From assembly GCF_000195955.2 (NCBI RefSeq), contig NC_000962.3:2820001-2852000 (forward strand): DNA of 32,000 nt. The letters run 5' to 3'. A program made the position numbers and the translations under genes. Positions 19,542 through 29,851 of this stretch are shown here, one piece after another (positions within the stretch are counted from its first letter, which is position 1; every line of letters starts with the position of its first letter). The notes beneath the pieces were generated by a model. That model did no database searches, was not told the DNA's origin, and worked only from the letters and a program-made list of their open reading frames with translations. The DNA comes from Mycobacterium tuberculosis H37Rv (GTDB taxonomy: Bacteria; Actinomycetota; Actinomycetes; Mycobacteriales; Mycobacteriaceae).

Positions 19542-19930
19542 GGGGCCTCCAGGATGGCGACCGCGGCCGCGGTATCCCCTTCGTGGGTCAGCGACACATG
19601 GATCGTCACGTCGGCCAAATACTCAGCGATGGCCCCGGTCAGCCTGACCCGCGGCCTGCCCCACATATCGGTGACCACCTCGATATCGCGGTGGATGTCC
19701 TCCGGCAACACCGGCCGCTGCGCGAACCGCGATCCGGACCAGGCCTTGATCACCGCCTCCTTCGCGGCCCAGCGGGCCGCCAGGTGCCGGGCCGCCGACG
19801 AACTCTTGTCCGAGGCGTCCCGGCGCTCACCCGGGGTGAAGGTCTCGGCGAACACCGTTCCGGGCTGGTCGACCTGCTCGGCGAAATCGGGAATGGAGAC
19901 CAGGTCGATCCCCACACCGACGATGCCCAT
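19538..19930 (-). CDS. acpS: Holo-[acyl-carrier-protein] synthase, 4'-phosphopantetheinyl transferase
   Basis: MGIVGVGIDLVSIPDFAEQ, FTPGERRDASDKSSSAARHLAARWAAKEAVIKAW; 130 aa. Start overlaps nothing upstream; its stop overlaps the M20 gene start by 4 bp. Confidence 0.97.
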   Translation of the reverse strand: MGIVGVGIDLVSIPDFAEQVDQPGTVFAETFTPGERRDASDKSSSAARHLAARWAAKEAVIKAWSGSRFAQRPVLPEDIHRDIEVVTDMWGRPRVRLTGAIAEYLADVTIHVSLTHEGDTAAAVAILEAP

Positions 19931-20122
19931 GGGCGGCCACGTTAATCGATGGCCCAGTCCGGCGACGATGCGGTCCGCGTTGGGGGCACCTCCCGCTTGC
20001 GGGGGACGGACCGAAGAGATGCCGGGCAGTCAGGCCAAGGAGCACGCGGCGAGCGTGTATCCATGGCGGCGACACGCCGAACACCGTCGCCCTGAGCGCA
20101 CGTTCGGCGCCCAACGGCAGGG

Positions 20123-23100
20123 TCAGCCGATATACGCCTCGCCGTCACCCAGCCGGGCCGCCGGATTCAGCAGCATCGACGCCTCCTGCGGCCGCTCGGG
20201 CGCGTGGTGGTCGAAGCGACGGTCACCGGGCCGCTGGTACATCGGCGCACCACCGGCAATCGCCGAGGCCAGCCGGCGCTGACCGGCCAGCAGGCGGGCG
20301 TCGGCACGCCGCTGGTAGTCCGCGCGCTGTGCGGGATCCAGCGAGGCGATGAACGCCTGCGGATGCACCAACGCGACCAGGCCCGACACATGGCCGAACC
20401 CGAGGCTGGTCAGCATGCCGGCCTTGAGTGGGAACTTGCCGCCGAGCCGCAACGTGTCACGCACCCACACGAAATGCGCGGAGCCGGCCAGCTCGTCGTC
20501 GACGCAGTCGAGGCTGCGGTTGGGTGGGATCACCCCATCCCGCAATATCTGGCAGAGCCCCATCATCTGGAAGACCGCCGCGCCGCCCTTGGCGTGGCCG
20601 GTCAGGCTCTTCTGCGACACCACGAACAGCGGGGCGCCCTCGGAACGGCCCAGGGCGTCGGCGAGCCGTTCATGCAACTCGGTCTCGTTGGGATCGTTGG
20701 CCAGCGTCGAGGTGTCGTGCTTGGAGATGACCGCCACGTCGTCGGCGGCCACGCCCAGCTTGGCCAGCGCCCGCGCCAGCGGTGAATCCTTGCCGCCGCG
20801 GCCCGCCCCCAGCGCGCCCAGGCCCGGGGCCGGGATCGAGGTGTGCACGCCGTCGCCGAACGACTGCGCGAACGCCACCACCGCCAGCACCGGCAGCCCC
20901 ATCCGCAGCGCCAGGTCCCCGCGGGCCAACAGGATCGTCCCGCCGCCTTGGGCTTCGACGAAGCCCAGACGGCGGCGGTCGTTGGGCCGGGAAAACTTCG
21001 AGTCGTGGATGCCGCGGCCGCACATCATGGACGTGTCGGCGGTGGCGGCCATGTCACCGAATCCGATGATGCCCTCCAGCGTCAGGTCATCCAGGCCGCC
21101 GGCCACCACCAGTTGAGCCTTGCCCAACCGGATCTTGTCGACACCTTCCTCGACCGACACCGCGGCGGTGGCGCACGCGGCTACCGGGTGGATCATCGCA
21201 CCGTAGCTACCGACGTAGGACTGAACCACGTGCGCGGCAATGATATTCGGCAAGACTTCCTGGAAGATGTCGTTCGGCTTGTTGCGGCCCAACAGATTGC
21301 CGTGGTACATCGTCTGCATCGACGTGCCGCCGCCCATGCCGGTGCCCTGGGTGTTGGCCACCAAACTCGGGTGCACGTAACGCATCACCTCGGCCGGGCT
21401 GAAACCGGACGACAGGAACGCGTCGACGGTCGCCACCATGTTCCATACCGCCAACCGGTCGATGGAACCGGCCATGTCTGCGCTGATGCCCCACACCGTC
21501 GGGTCGAACCCGGTCGGGATCTGGCCGCCGACGACGCGGGACAGCTTGGTCTTTCGCGGCACCCGGATCTCGGTGCCGGCCTTGCGGATGACCTGCCAGT
21601 CGGTGGAGTCGGGCACCGGCCGGATGACCGTGTGCTCGGGATCGAACTCGACGAAGGCGCGCGCATCGGCCTCCGAGGACACCACGAACGCGAAGTCCTT
21701 CTCCAGGAACACCGACACCAGCAGCGGCGAGGCGTGGTCGGGGTCGATCGCGCCGTCATCAACGAATTCGCGAATGCCGACGCGCTGCACCACGGCGTCG
21801 TGGTAGCGCTGCACCAACTCGGATTCGTCGACCATTTCGCCGGATTCGGTGTCGTACCAACCGGGTTGCGGGTCGTCCTCCCAGCGGATCAACCCAGTGG
21901 TCCAGGCCAGCTCCAGCACGCCGGCCGCCGACAGCTCGTTTTCGACCTCCATCTCGAACCGGGTGCGTGACGAGCCGTACGGGCCGATTTCGGCGCCGCC
22001 GACGATCACCACCAGGTCGGCCGGGTCGACATCGAGGTCGTCCCATTGCGGCGGCGGTGCGGGGGTGAAACCCCGGGGCGGCGACGGCAGCGCGGCGATG
22101 GCGCCAGGGGCCTCGGCGTCCTCGTCGACGGCCGCCGCTGCCGACATCTGCTCGCGCGCCTTGGCCGCCAGCTCGGCCATGTCGAGGTTGGCCTCGGCCA
22201 GGCCCCCGGTCAGGTCGGCCTTGATCGGCGAACGCGCCGCAGCCACCTTGGATTCCGCATCACACAGGTCGAGCAGCAGCGCCGCCATCTCGTCGGTCGA
22301 GTAGGTGGTGACCCCGGCCTCTTCGACGGCGGCCACGATGGCATCGTTGTGGCCCATCAGCCCGGTGCCGCGGGTCCAGCCGATGAGCGCGTGCGCCAGG
22401 CTGACCCGTGCCGCCCAGGACGACTCGGCGTGCCAGCGGCTCACCACGGCATCCAGCGCGGACTTGGCTTCGCCGTAGGCGCCGTCGCCGCCGAACATGC
22501 CACGGTTGGGCGAGCCGGGCAGCACCACGTGCAGCCGCGACGCGATGTCGCGTTCGGCGCCGATCGTCGACAGGCCGCCGATCAGCCGTTGCACGGCCCA
22601 CAGCAGCACTTTCATCTCCATCTCGGCGCGCGAACCGGCCTCCGACAGGTCCCCGACCACGCGTGGCGCCGCGAACGGGAACAGCAGCGTCGGGGTCTGC
22701 GCGTCTTTGATGTGAATCGACTGCGGCCCAAGGCTTTCGGTCTGTTCGGTGCCGATCCATTCGACCAGGGCGTCGACGTCGGAGTAGGACGCCATGTTCG
22801 CCGCGACCAGCCACAGCGCCGCGCCGTAACGGGCGTGGTCGCGATACAGCGTGCGGTAGAACGCCAGCCGCTCCTCGTCGAGCTTGGAGGTGGTCGCGAT
22901 GACGGTGGCTCCGCCGTCGAGCAGCCGAGCCACCACCGACGCGGCGATCGAACCCTTCGAAGCGCCGGTCACCACGGCAACTTCGCCGCCGTAGCGGCCG
23001 GGTTCGGGGTTCTCGGCGCCGGCGGCGATGCGGCCGTACAGCGATGCATGGATCTGCCGGCCCGCGGCCAGCGACTTACCTTGCCACCAGGTAGCCTGGG

Positions 23101-26100
23101 TCGCCACGACGTGGCCGGCACCCTCGAAGCGCTCCGCCAGGCGCGGCCAGTCGGCGTCGATGTCGCCCTCGTCGGTCAGCCACAGCTTCACCAGGTCCTC
23201 GCGGGCGCTGGCCCAGCGGTCGTCGAATACGACGGCCTTCTTGGGGTCGAACACCGGTGCCACCAACCGCGGCCAGTCCGCTCCCAGTTCGGCGGTGACC
23301 AAGTCGATCAGCTCGGAATCGGGGGCGGCCGGCAAGGCGTTGACGGGGTCGTCCAGTCCCAGCTGCCCCAGCACCAGGCGGGCCGCGGAGGCCAGCACGC
23401 CCTCACGGCCGGTGATTTGGTCGGTGAACTCGCTGAGCGCGGCCGCGTCGATGGTGGCGCCGCCACCACTACCGGCCGACGGCAGCGCTACCGAAACGCC
23501 CTGGCGCGCGGCCACCGATGCGACCGCCGCGTCGATGACCTTGTCGACGGAGGCGGCATCGGCCAGCGCGCCCTCGTGCAGGTGGCCCATGGCGCCGCCG
23601 CGAACGCTGCTGCCCTCGCGGGTGCCCAGCGCGACCTCGACGGTGACATGCTTGGCCCAGCCCTCACCGAGCTCCCAGGTCTTCTTCACCCGCTCGGCGA
23701 TGGCGCCGGGCCGCTTGCCCGACGGTCCGAGGACGGTGCGAAGCTGGTCGTTGATGGCGTCGGAAAGCACTGGGCCGTAAGGCTTGTAGGTGCGCGCCAG
23801 TTTGGTCACCTGTGAGCGCAGACCGGCCAGGTCCGATTCGGCGGCGCCGTCAATGGCACCGAGGTTCAGCTCGGAGCCCAGGTCCACCAGCAGCTGGTTG
23901 CGCCGCGACGACGCACCGTCGGTGATGGACTCGATGGAGTCGAGTTCTTCGATCTGGTCGATGCGCATCTTGGCCGAGAGCGCGATCAGCGCCAGCGTGG
24001 CATCGGCGGCGTCGAAAACCAGATCGTCGGGACGCGGGCCCGCCGACGAAGCGGCCGGCGCGACGGGGGCGGCTTCCGAGACGACGTCCGGCGCGGGCGA
24101 TTCCGCGACCGGCTCGTCTTCCTCCGGCTCCGGCTCCGGGTCGGTGTCGGTGGCGAACAGCACCGCGGCATCACGCTCGGCGTTGAGCACTTCCACTGTG
24201 CTGTGGGCGTATTCGGGCAGTTTGAGGGTGTTGGTGGCAAGACCCGCCACCGTCGGTGAGCTCTTCACACCGATCTCGACGAATCGCTCCACACCCAGCC
24301 CGCCGGCGGCCTCCTCGATGAACAGCAGATCCTGCGTCTCGATCCAGCGCACCGGGCTGGCGAATTGCCATGCCAGCAGCTCGATGAACACCGTGCGCGC
24401 CATCTCGCGCGGACGCTCGCGAAGCCAGGTGTCGTAGTCGGCGAGGATCTCGTCGAGCGGCTCGGCGGGCACCAAATCCCGGATTTCCTGGATGAAGTCG
24501 CGGTCCAGGGTGAACAACCGCGGCACCAGGTTGGGAATGTAGCGCCCGATGATCAGGTCGGGGTCCGCGTCGCGCGGCATGACCCGGTCCAGCGAGCGCC
24601 GGAATTCGGCCACCCCGACCCGCAGCACTCGCGAGTGGAACGGAACATCGATGCCGGGCACCAAAATGAACGACCGTCGGCCGCCGGTGAGCTCGCGGCG
24701 CCGCTCCACCTCGGCCTCGAGCGCCTCGAGGCCGCGTACCGTGCCCGCGATCGCGTATTGCGAGCCACGCAGGTTGAAATTCACGATCTCCAGGAATTCA
24801 CCGGTGCTCTCCGCGATCCCGGCGACGAACGCGGGCACGTCGGCGTCGTCGAGGTCGATCTGGGACGGCCGGATGGCCGCCAGCCGATAGTTGGAGCGGC
24901 CGAGCTCGTCGCGCGGAACGATGTCGTGCATCTTCGACCCGCGGTGAAACACCATCTCCAGCAAGGCTTCCAGTTGGTAGATGCCGGTCACGCAGGCCAG
25001 CGCGGTGTACTCGCCGACCGAGTGGCCGCACGCGATGGCGCCTTCGACGAAGGCTCCCTGTTCACGCATCTCGGCGACCTGCGCGGCCGCCACCGTCGCC
25101 ATCGCGACCTGGGTGAACTGCGTCAGGTAGAGCACCCCGTCGGGGTGGTGGTAGTGCACACCGCTGGCGATGATGCTGGTCGGGTTGTCGCGGACCACGT
25201 GCAGTACCGAGAAGCCCAGGGTGTCGCGGGTGAACTTGTCCGCGGTGTCCCACACCTTGCGGGCCGCCTTGGAGCGGGCGCGCACCTCCATGCCCATGCC
25301 CTTGTGTTGGATGCCCTGGCCGGGGAATGCGTAGACCGTCTTGGGTGCGGCCAGTCGCGCGGAGGCCGACATCACTAGATCCGACCCGACGCGCGCGGCC
25401 ACGTCCACAATCTCTGCGCCCTGGTCGATTCCGACGCGCTCGACGCGGAAGTCCACCTCGTCGCCGGGGCGCACCATGCCCAAAAACCGCGCGGTCCAGC
25501 CGACCAGCCGGGCCGGTGGCCGGGCCTGCCCGTCGGTGGCGGTCACCGCGTGTTGCGCCGCGGCCGACAGCCACATGCCGTGCACGATCGGCGACTCCAG
25601 GCCGGCAAGCAGCGCGGCGGCCCGGTCGGTGTGAATGGGGTTGTGGTCGCCGGACACCACCGCGAACGGGCGCATGTCGACCGGCGCGGTGATCGTGACG
25701 TCGCGGCGGCGACGGCGCGGGGTGTCGGTGGCGTTCGCCGACACCGCGCCACCGGCTCGCGCCGGGTCGGCGAGCTCGGCGGAACCGGTGCGACCCAGGA
25801 TCGCGAATCGCTCCTCGAGAGTGGCGATCACGGCGCCATCGGCGCCGGTAACGACGACCGAGACCGGCACGACGCGGCCCATGTCCGTATCGGTTGCGTT
25901 GGCAGCCGTTGCGGTGACGGTCAATTGGGCCGGGACCGTGGGCAGCTGACCGACCACGCGGGCGGCGTGGTCCAGATGCACCAGGCTCAGCAGGCCTTCC
26001 ACCACCGGCTCACCGGTGTCGGTGACCGCCGATCCGATGGCCGCGAAAACCGCTGGCCAACAAGGGCCGACGAGCGCGTCGGGCACGTTGGTGAGGCTGG

Positions 26101-29100
26101 GTGCCAGCGGCTCACCGAACGTGGCGGTGACGCCGGTGTGGTCGGCAACACGCTCGGGGTGCCAGTCCACCGTCAAAGTGGCCGTCCCGTTGGCCACCGC
26201 AGGCAAGAACTCCGGGCTGTCGACACCGGCGGCGATCGCCAGCACCGTGCGCATGGCGCTGGTGGCGTCCTCGGTGGCGATCACCGGGGTGCCGCCATCG
26301 ACGGTGTTGGCCGGCAACGTGAATCGGATGTCGACCCAGGTGCCCGAGACGGGCACGCTCAAGGCGACGTCGTCGCCGTGCGTCTGCAGCCGGGCGCCGG
26401 TGGATGAGTGTGTGGCGCGCGGGTTTTCGGGTCCATCGTGCACCTGCCATTCGGCCGGGTCGGCGATCCGATGCACCGGGTTGGTCACGGTGCGACCGGC
26501 CCAGCGCACATCGGGTGCGTCGAGGACGACAGCCAACGGTCCGGCCACGTCGGCGCGGCCCAGCCGGCGCGACGCGACATCCTTCGGCTCGACACCGGCG
26601 CCGAGCACTTCATCGATTGCGGCTTGCTCGAAACGGTCCAGCAACTCACCGACGGGTTCATCCATCCGGGTGATGCCGGCTACCGACGCGGTGCCCGGAA
26701 TGATGCACACCGCATCGGCGTCGTAGCGGGCGTCGTGGGCCTGCCACAGCGAGTCGCTGCGCCACCAGCGCCGCACGTCCTGGTCGATCACCGGCACGAA
26801 GTTGACCGGCTTGCCCAGCGTCTTGCACAACGTCACGAAAAAGGGCACATCCGCGGGATGCAACTGCACGGTCTCGGCGTCGGGGTAGCGCGCCAGCAGG
26901 GCGGCGATCGCCTGCTGCGGATTGTCCAGCAGGCCAGCATCGGTGAATAGCGTCTGGATCGGGCCGAAATCCTGTGGGTGCAACCGGGCTTCGGCACGCT
27001 GCAGCATCTGCTCGAAGCGGTCCCGCCAGGTGTCGGCCAGCCACGGGCTGCCCACCGAGGCGGTGTCGGCGGTCGAGTTGCCTTCCCCGATGGCCAGTTC
27101 GACGTAGCGCCGCAGCCACTGCAGGTAGGTCATGTCGGCGACGTCGCCGAAGTAGGGCTTGGCGGTCTTGGCCATCGCCGCGATGATCTCGTCGCGACGC
27201 TCCGCGACCGCCTCCGCGTCACCGGCCACCTCGTCGAGCAGCCGCCCGCACCGGGATGCGCTGTTGTCGATCTCGTGGATATCGGCACCGAGCTGACTGC
27301 GGCTGGAGGCCATGCCGCCCTGCGCTTTTCCGGCGCTGATCCATTGGTCGGTGCCCTGAGTGTCGACGAGCATCCGCTTGACCGATGGCGACGTGGTGGA
27401 TTCCTTGGTGGCCATCGCCGCGGTGCCGACCAGGATGCCGTCGATCGGCATCAATGGGAAGCCGTAGGCCTGCGCCCAGCGCCCGGACAAATATTCCGCA
27501 GCCCTTCTCGGGGTGCCAATGCCGCCGCCGACGCACACCGTGATGTTGGCGCGTGAGCGCAACTCCGAGTAGGTAGCCAGCAGCAGGTCGTCGAGATCCT
27601 CCCAGGAATGGTGCCCGCCGGCGCGCCCGCCCTCGACGTGCATGATCACCGGCTTGGTGGGCACCTCGGTGGCGATGCGAATCACCGAGCGGATCTGCTC
27701 GATGGTCCCGGGTTTGAACACGACGTGGCTGATGCCGATGTCGCCCAGTTCGTCGATCAGCTCGACGGCCTCGTCGAGGTCTGGGATGCCGGCGCTGATC
27801 ACCACGCCGTCGATCGCGGCGCCGGACTGGCGGGCCTTCTGCACCAACCGCTTGCCGCCCACCTGAAGCTTCCACAGGTAGGGATCGAGGAACAGCGCGT
27901 TGAACTGATAGGTGCGGCCCGGCTCGAGCAGGCCGGCCATTTGTTCGATGCGGTTACCGAAGATCTCTTCGGTGACCTGCCCGCCGCCGGCCAGCTCGGC
28001 CCAGTGCCCGGCGTTGGCCGCCGCGGCGACGATCTTGGCGTCCACGGTGGTCGGGGTCATGCCCGCGAGCAGGATCGGCGAGCGGCCGGTCAGCCGGGTG
28101 AACTTCGTCGAGAGCTTGACCCTGCCGTCGGGGAGGCGAACCACGGTCGGTGCGTAGCTCGACCAGGCCCGGGCAACCTCGGGGGTGGCGCCGACGGTGA
28201 ACAGGTTGCGCTGGCCACCGCGGGTAGCCGCCGGCACGATGCCGATGCCCAGGCCGCGGATCACCGGTGCGGTCAGTCGGGTCAGGATGTCGCCCGGCCC
28301 CAGGTCGAGGATCCAGCGGGCGCCGGCCGCGTGGACACGGGTGATCTCGTCGACCCAGTCGACCTTTCTGATCAAGATGGCATCGGCCAGCTCCCGAGCC
28401 AAGGCGACATCGAGGCCCGCCTTCTCGGCCCAGCCCGCGACGATGTCGATCCCGTCGGATAGCCGCGGGGTGTGAAAGCCCACCTCCACCTGCACCGGCT
28501 CGAAGACCGGCGAGAAGACGTCGCCGCCGCGGACCTTGTTCTTGCGGTCGGCTTCTTCCTTCTCGGAGATCTGGCGGCAATAAAGCTCGAAACGCGACAG
28601 CTGCTCGGGGGTGCCGGTGATGACGACGGCACGCCGGCCGTTGCGGATGGACAACACCGGTGGCAGCACCGTGCGCACGTCCTGGGCGAACTCGTCGAGC
28701 AACCGGCCGATGCGCTCGGGGTCGGCGTTGGTGACCGATACCATCGGCGGGCGATCGCCCAGGACGGAAATTCCGCGCCGGCGGGCCACCAGCGTTCCGG
28801 CGGCACCGATCAACTGGGCCAAGGCAAACAGCTCGACGTCGCGTGCCCCACCAGCCTTGAGGGCTTCCACCGCCAGCACACCTTGCGAATGCCCCGCCAT
28901 GGCGACCGGCGGGGTGGCCACGAGGTCCATGCCTTGACGGGCCAGCGCCCGGGTCGCCGCGATCTGGGTAAGCAACACGCCGGGCACCGACACGGCGGCC
29001 GACGTCAGGTGCTTGTCGGACGGAACCGGGTCCTCGGCCGCCAGTGCGCGTACCCATTGCAGCGGCTCGAAACCGATCGGGCGCACCACAATCAGCTCGT

Positions 29101-29332
29101 CGGTGACCGGATCGAGCAACAGCTCTGCCTCACCGACCAACGTCGCCAACTCGGTTTCTATCCCGGTGGCCGACACCAGCTCTTCGAGGGTTTCCAGCCA
29201 GGCGCTGCCCTGGCCACCGAATGCGACAGCGTAGGGCTCACCAGCCATGAGGCGATCGACCAGAGCGTGGGTGGTATGCGGGCTGTCCCCGCCGCGATCA
29301 GCGGACACCCGGTCGTGCTCGTGGATCGTCAC
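20123..29332 (-). CDS. fas: Type I fatty acid synthase, multidomain, 3069 aa (Rv2524c-like)
   Basis: One uninterrupted ORF with AT-like AMAGHSQGVLAVEAL, ER-like GGGIGTPRRAAEYL, MaoC-like dehydratase GDHNPIHTDRAAA, MPT GHSVGEYTALA, ACP-like SSRRNQLLVDLGSELNL, KR-like ASKGSIAASVVARLL, KS HPVAACATAAVSVEEG. Confidence 0.99.
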   Translation of the reverse strand: MTIHEHDRVSADRGGDSPHTTHALVDRLMAGEPYAVAFGGQGSAWLETLEELVSATGIETELATLVGEAELLLDPVTDELIVVRPIGFEPLQWVRALAAEDPVPSDKHLTSAAVSVPGVLLTQIAATRALARQGMDLVATPPVAMAGHSQGVLAVEALKAGGARDVELFALAQLIGAAGTLVARRRGISVLGDRPPMVSVTNADPERIGRLLDEFAQDVRTVLPPVLSIRNGRRAVVITGTPEQLSRFELYCRQISEKEEADRKNKVRGGDVFSPVFEPVQVEVGFHTPRLSDGIDIVAGWAEKAGLDVALARELADAILIRKVDWVDEITRVHAAGARWILDLGPGDILTRLTAPVIRGLGIGIVPAATRGGQRNLFTVGATPEVARAWSSYAPTVVRLPDGRVKLSTKFTRLTGRSPILLAGMTPTTVDAKIVAAAANAGHWAELAGGGQVTEEIFGNRIEQMAGLLEPGRTYQFNALFLDPYLWKLQVGGKRLVQKARQSGAAIDGVVISAGIPDLDEAVELIDELGDIGISHVVFKPGTIEQIRSVIRIATEVPTKPVIMHVEGGRAGGHHSWEDLDDLLLATYSELRSRANITVCVGGGIGTPRRAAEYLSGRWAQAYGFPLMPIDGILVGTAAMATKESTTSPSVKRMLVDTQGTDQWISAGKAQGGMASSRSQLGADIHEIDNSASRCGRLLDEVAGDAEAVAERRDEIIAAMAKTAKPYFGDVADMTYLQWLRRYVELAIGEGNSTADTASVGSPWLADTWRDRFEQMLQRAEARLHPQDFGPIQTLFTDAGLLDNPQQAIAALLARYPDAETVQLHPADVPFFVTLCKTLGKPVNFVPVIDQDVRRWWRSDSLWQAHDARYDADAVCIIPGTASVAGITRMDEPVGELLDRFEQAAIDEVLGAGVEPKDVASRRLGRADVAGPLAVVLDAPDVRWAGRTVTNPVHRIADPAEWQVHDGPENPRATHSSTGARLQTHGDDVALSVPVSGTWVDIRFTLPANTVDGGTPVIATEDATSAMRTVLAIAAGVDSPEFLPAVANGTATLTVDWHPERVADHTGVTATFGEPLAPSLTNVPDALVGPCWPAVFAAIGSAVTDTGEPVVEGLLSLVHLDHAARVVGQLPTVPAQLTVTATAANATDTDMGRVVPVSVVVTGADGAVIATLEERFAILGRTGSAELADPARAGGAVSANATDTPRRRRRDVTITAPVDMRPFAVVSGDHNPIHTDRAAALLAGLESPIVHGMWLSAAAQHAVTATDGQARPPARLVGWTARFLGMVRPGDEVDFRVERVGIDQGAEIVDVAARVGSDLVMSASARLAAPKTVYAFPGQGIQHKGMGMEVRARSKAARKVWDTADKFTRDTLGFSVLHVVRDNPTSIIASGVHYHHPDGVLYLTQFTQVAMATVAAAQVAEMREQGAFVEGAIACGHSVGEYTALACVTGIYQLEALLEMVFHRGSKMHDIVPRDELGRSNYRLAAIRPSQIDLDDADVPAFVAGIAESTGEFLEIVNFNLRGSQYAIAGTVRGLEALEAEVERRRELTGGRRSFILVPGIDVPFHSRVLRVGVAEFRRSLDRVMPRDADPDLIIGRYIPNLVPRLFTLDRDFIQEIRDLVPAEPLDEILADYDTWLRERPREMARTVFIELLAWQFASPVRWIETQDLLFIEEAAGGLGVERFVEIGVKSSPTVAGLATNTLKLPEYAHSTVEVLNAERDAAVLFATDTDPEPEPEEDEPVAESPAPDVVSEAAPVAPAASSAGPRPDDLVFDAADATLALIALSAKMRIDQIEELDSIESITDGASSRRNQLLVDLGSELNLGAIDGAAESDLAGLRSQVTKLARTYKPYGPVLSDAINDQLRTVLGPSGKRPGAIAERVKKTWELGEGWAKHVTVEVALGTREGSSVRGGAMGHLHEGALADAASVDKVIDAAVASVAARQGVSVALPSAGSGGGATIDAAALSEFTDQITGREGVLASAARLVLGQLGLDDPVNALPAAPDSELIDLVTAELGADWPRLVAPVFDPKKAVVFDDRWASAREDLVKLWLTDEGDIDADWPRLAERFEGAGHVVATQATWWQGKSLAAGRQIHASLYGRIAAGAENPEPGRYGGEVAVVTGASKGSIAASVVARLLDGGATVIATTSKLDEERLAFYRTLYRDHARYGAALWLVAANMASYSDVDALVEWIGTEQTESLGPQSIHIKDAQTPTLLFPFAAPRVVGDLSEAGSRAEMEMKVLLWAVQRLIGGLSTIGAERDIASRLHVVLPGSPNRGMFGGDGAYGEAKSALDAVVSRWHAESSWAARVSLAHALIGWTRGTGLMGHNDAIVAAVEEAGVTTYSTDEMAALLLDLCDAESKVAAARSPIKADLTGGLAEANLDMAELAAKAREQMSAAAAVDEDAEAPGAIAALPSPPRGFTPAPPPQWDDLDVDPADLVVIVGGAEIGPYGSSRTRFEMEVENELSAAGVLELAWTTGLIRWEDDPQPGWYDTESGEMVDESELVQRYHDAVVQRVGIREFVDDGAIDPDHASPLLVSVFLEKDFAFVVSSEADARAFVEFDPEHTVIRPVPDSTDWQVIRKAGTEIRVPRKTKLSRVVGGQIPTGFDPTVWGISADMAGSIDRLAVWNMVATVDAFLSSGFSPAEVMRYVHPSLVANTQGTGMGGGTSMQTMYHGNLLGRNKPNDIFQEVLPNIIAAHVVQSYVGSYGAMIHPVAACATAAVSVEEGVDKIRLGKAQLVVAGGLDDLTLEGIIGFGDMAATADTSMMCGRGIHDSKFSRPNDRRRLGFVEAQGGGTILLARGDLALRMGLPVLAVVAFAQSFGDGVHTSIPAPGLGALGAGRGGKDSPLARALAKLGVAADDVAVISKHDTSTLANDPNETELHERLADALGRSEGAPLFVVSQKSLTGHAKGGAAVFQMMGLCQILRDGVIPPNRSLDCVDDELAGSAHFVWVRDTLRLGGKFPLKAGMLTSLGFGHVSGLVALVHPQAFIASLDPAQRADYQRRADARLLAGQRRLASAIAGGAPMYQRPGDRRFDHHAPERPQEASMLLNPAARLGDGEAYIG

Positions 29333-29497
29333 GGTCTATGTCTCCCTATGTGCATCGGTACGTGTCAGTTCGTACAGCGGCCCAGGCTGCCGTGCGGGGC
29401 ATCCCCGACTCCGCACCGACTCCCAGCCGAAATCCTCTGACCGGTGTGTTGTCGGTGGGCCGGCCCGTGGGTCGAGCAGCGCGACGGGCTGCATCGG

Positions 29498-29518
29498 CCT
29501 TATAAGAGTCTCATAAGG
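29498..29518. promoter_or_regulatory. Imperfect 21-bp palindrome upstream of fas, candidate regulator operator
   Basis: CCTTATAAGAGTCTCATAAGG; self-complementary except for two symmetric mismatch pairs and the central base. It lies 166 bp upstream of the fas start. Confidence 0.45.
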
Positions 29519-29851
29519 ATCGGTCCACCTTGTTTACACAGATCGGTTACTGGCGAGTTCTACGTACGGGTAACCGTGTCGTGGGTAACGCCGGGTTCGA
29601 CGGCCGGCGCGTATGTGTTGACCAAACGTCCTGCGTGCAGGTGGTTACGGTGGAGTAGCTATAACTGCGCTGATCAAGGCAGTTTTGTTATCAAATCGTT
29701 ATGCTGGGAATTCGCTCTACGCCGGGCGCGTGCCGACGCGCCGACCCAAAGGCCGCGCCATTGGCGGCGTTGGCCCGGGGTTGGCAATGCCGTGCAGCGG
29801 GCGAACGAGTGTTTGCTGTAGTGCAGCGGGGGCCAGGCTCGGGGCGGCAGG

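Noticed and set aside
22046-23815. 589-aa plus-strand ORF, and similar long ORFs opposite fas (24365-25378, 25550-26407, 28472-29440)
   Set aside because: They lie entirely antisense to the continuous 3069-aa fas frame and have Arg/His/Gly/Ala-biased composition with no domain motif. This is the usual shadow-ORF effect of high GC.
27954-29057. 367-aa minus-strand ORF in a different frame inside fas
   Set aside because: Same-strand out-of-frame shadow with low-complexity Arg/Gly/Ala content, contained in fas.
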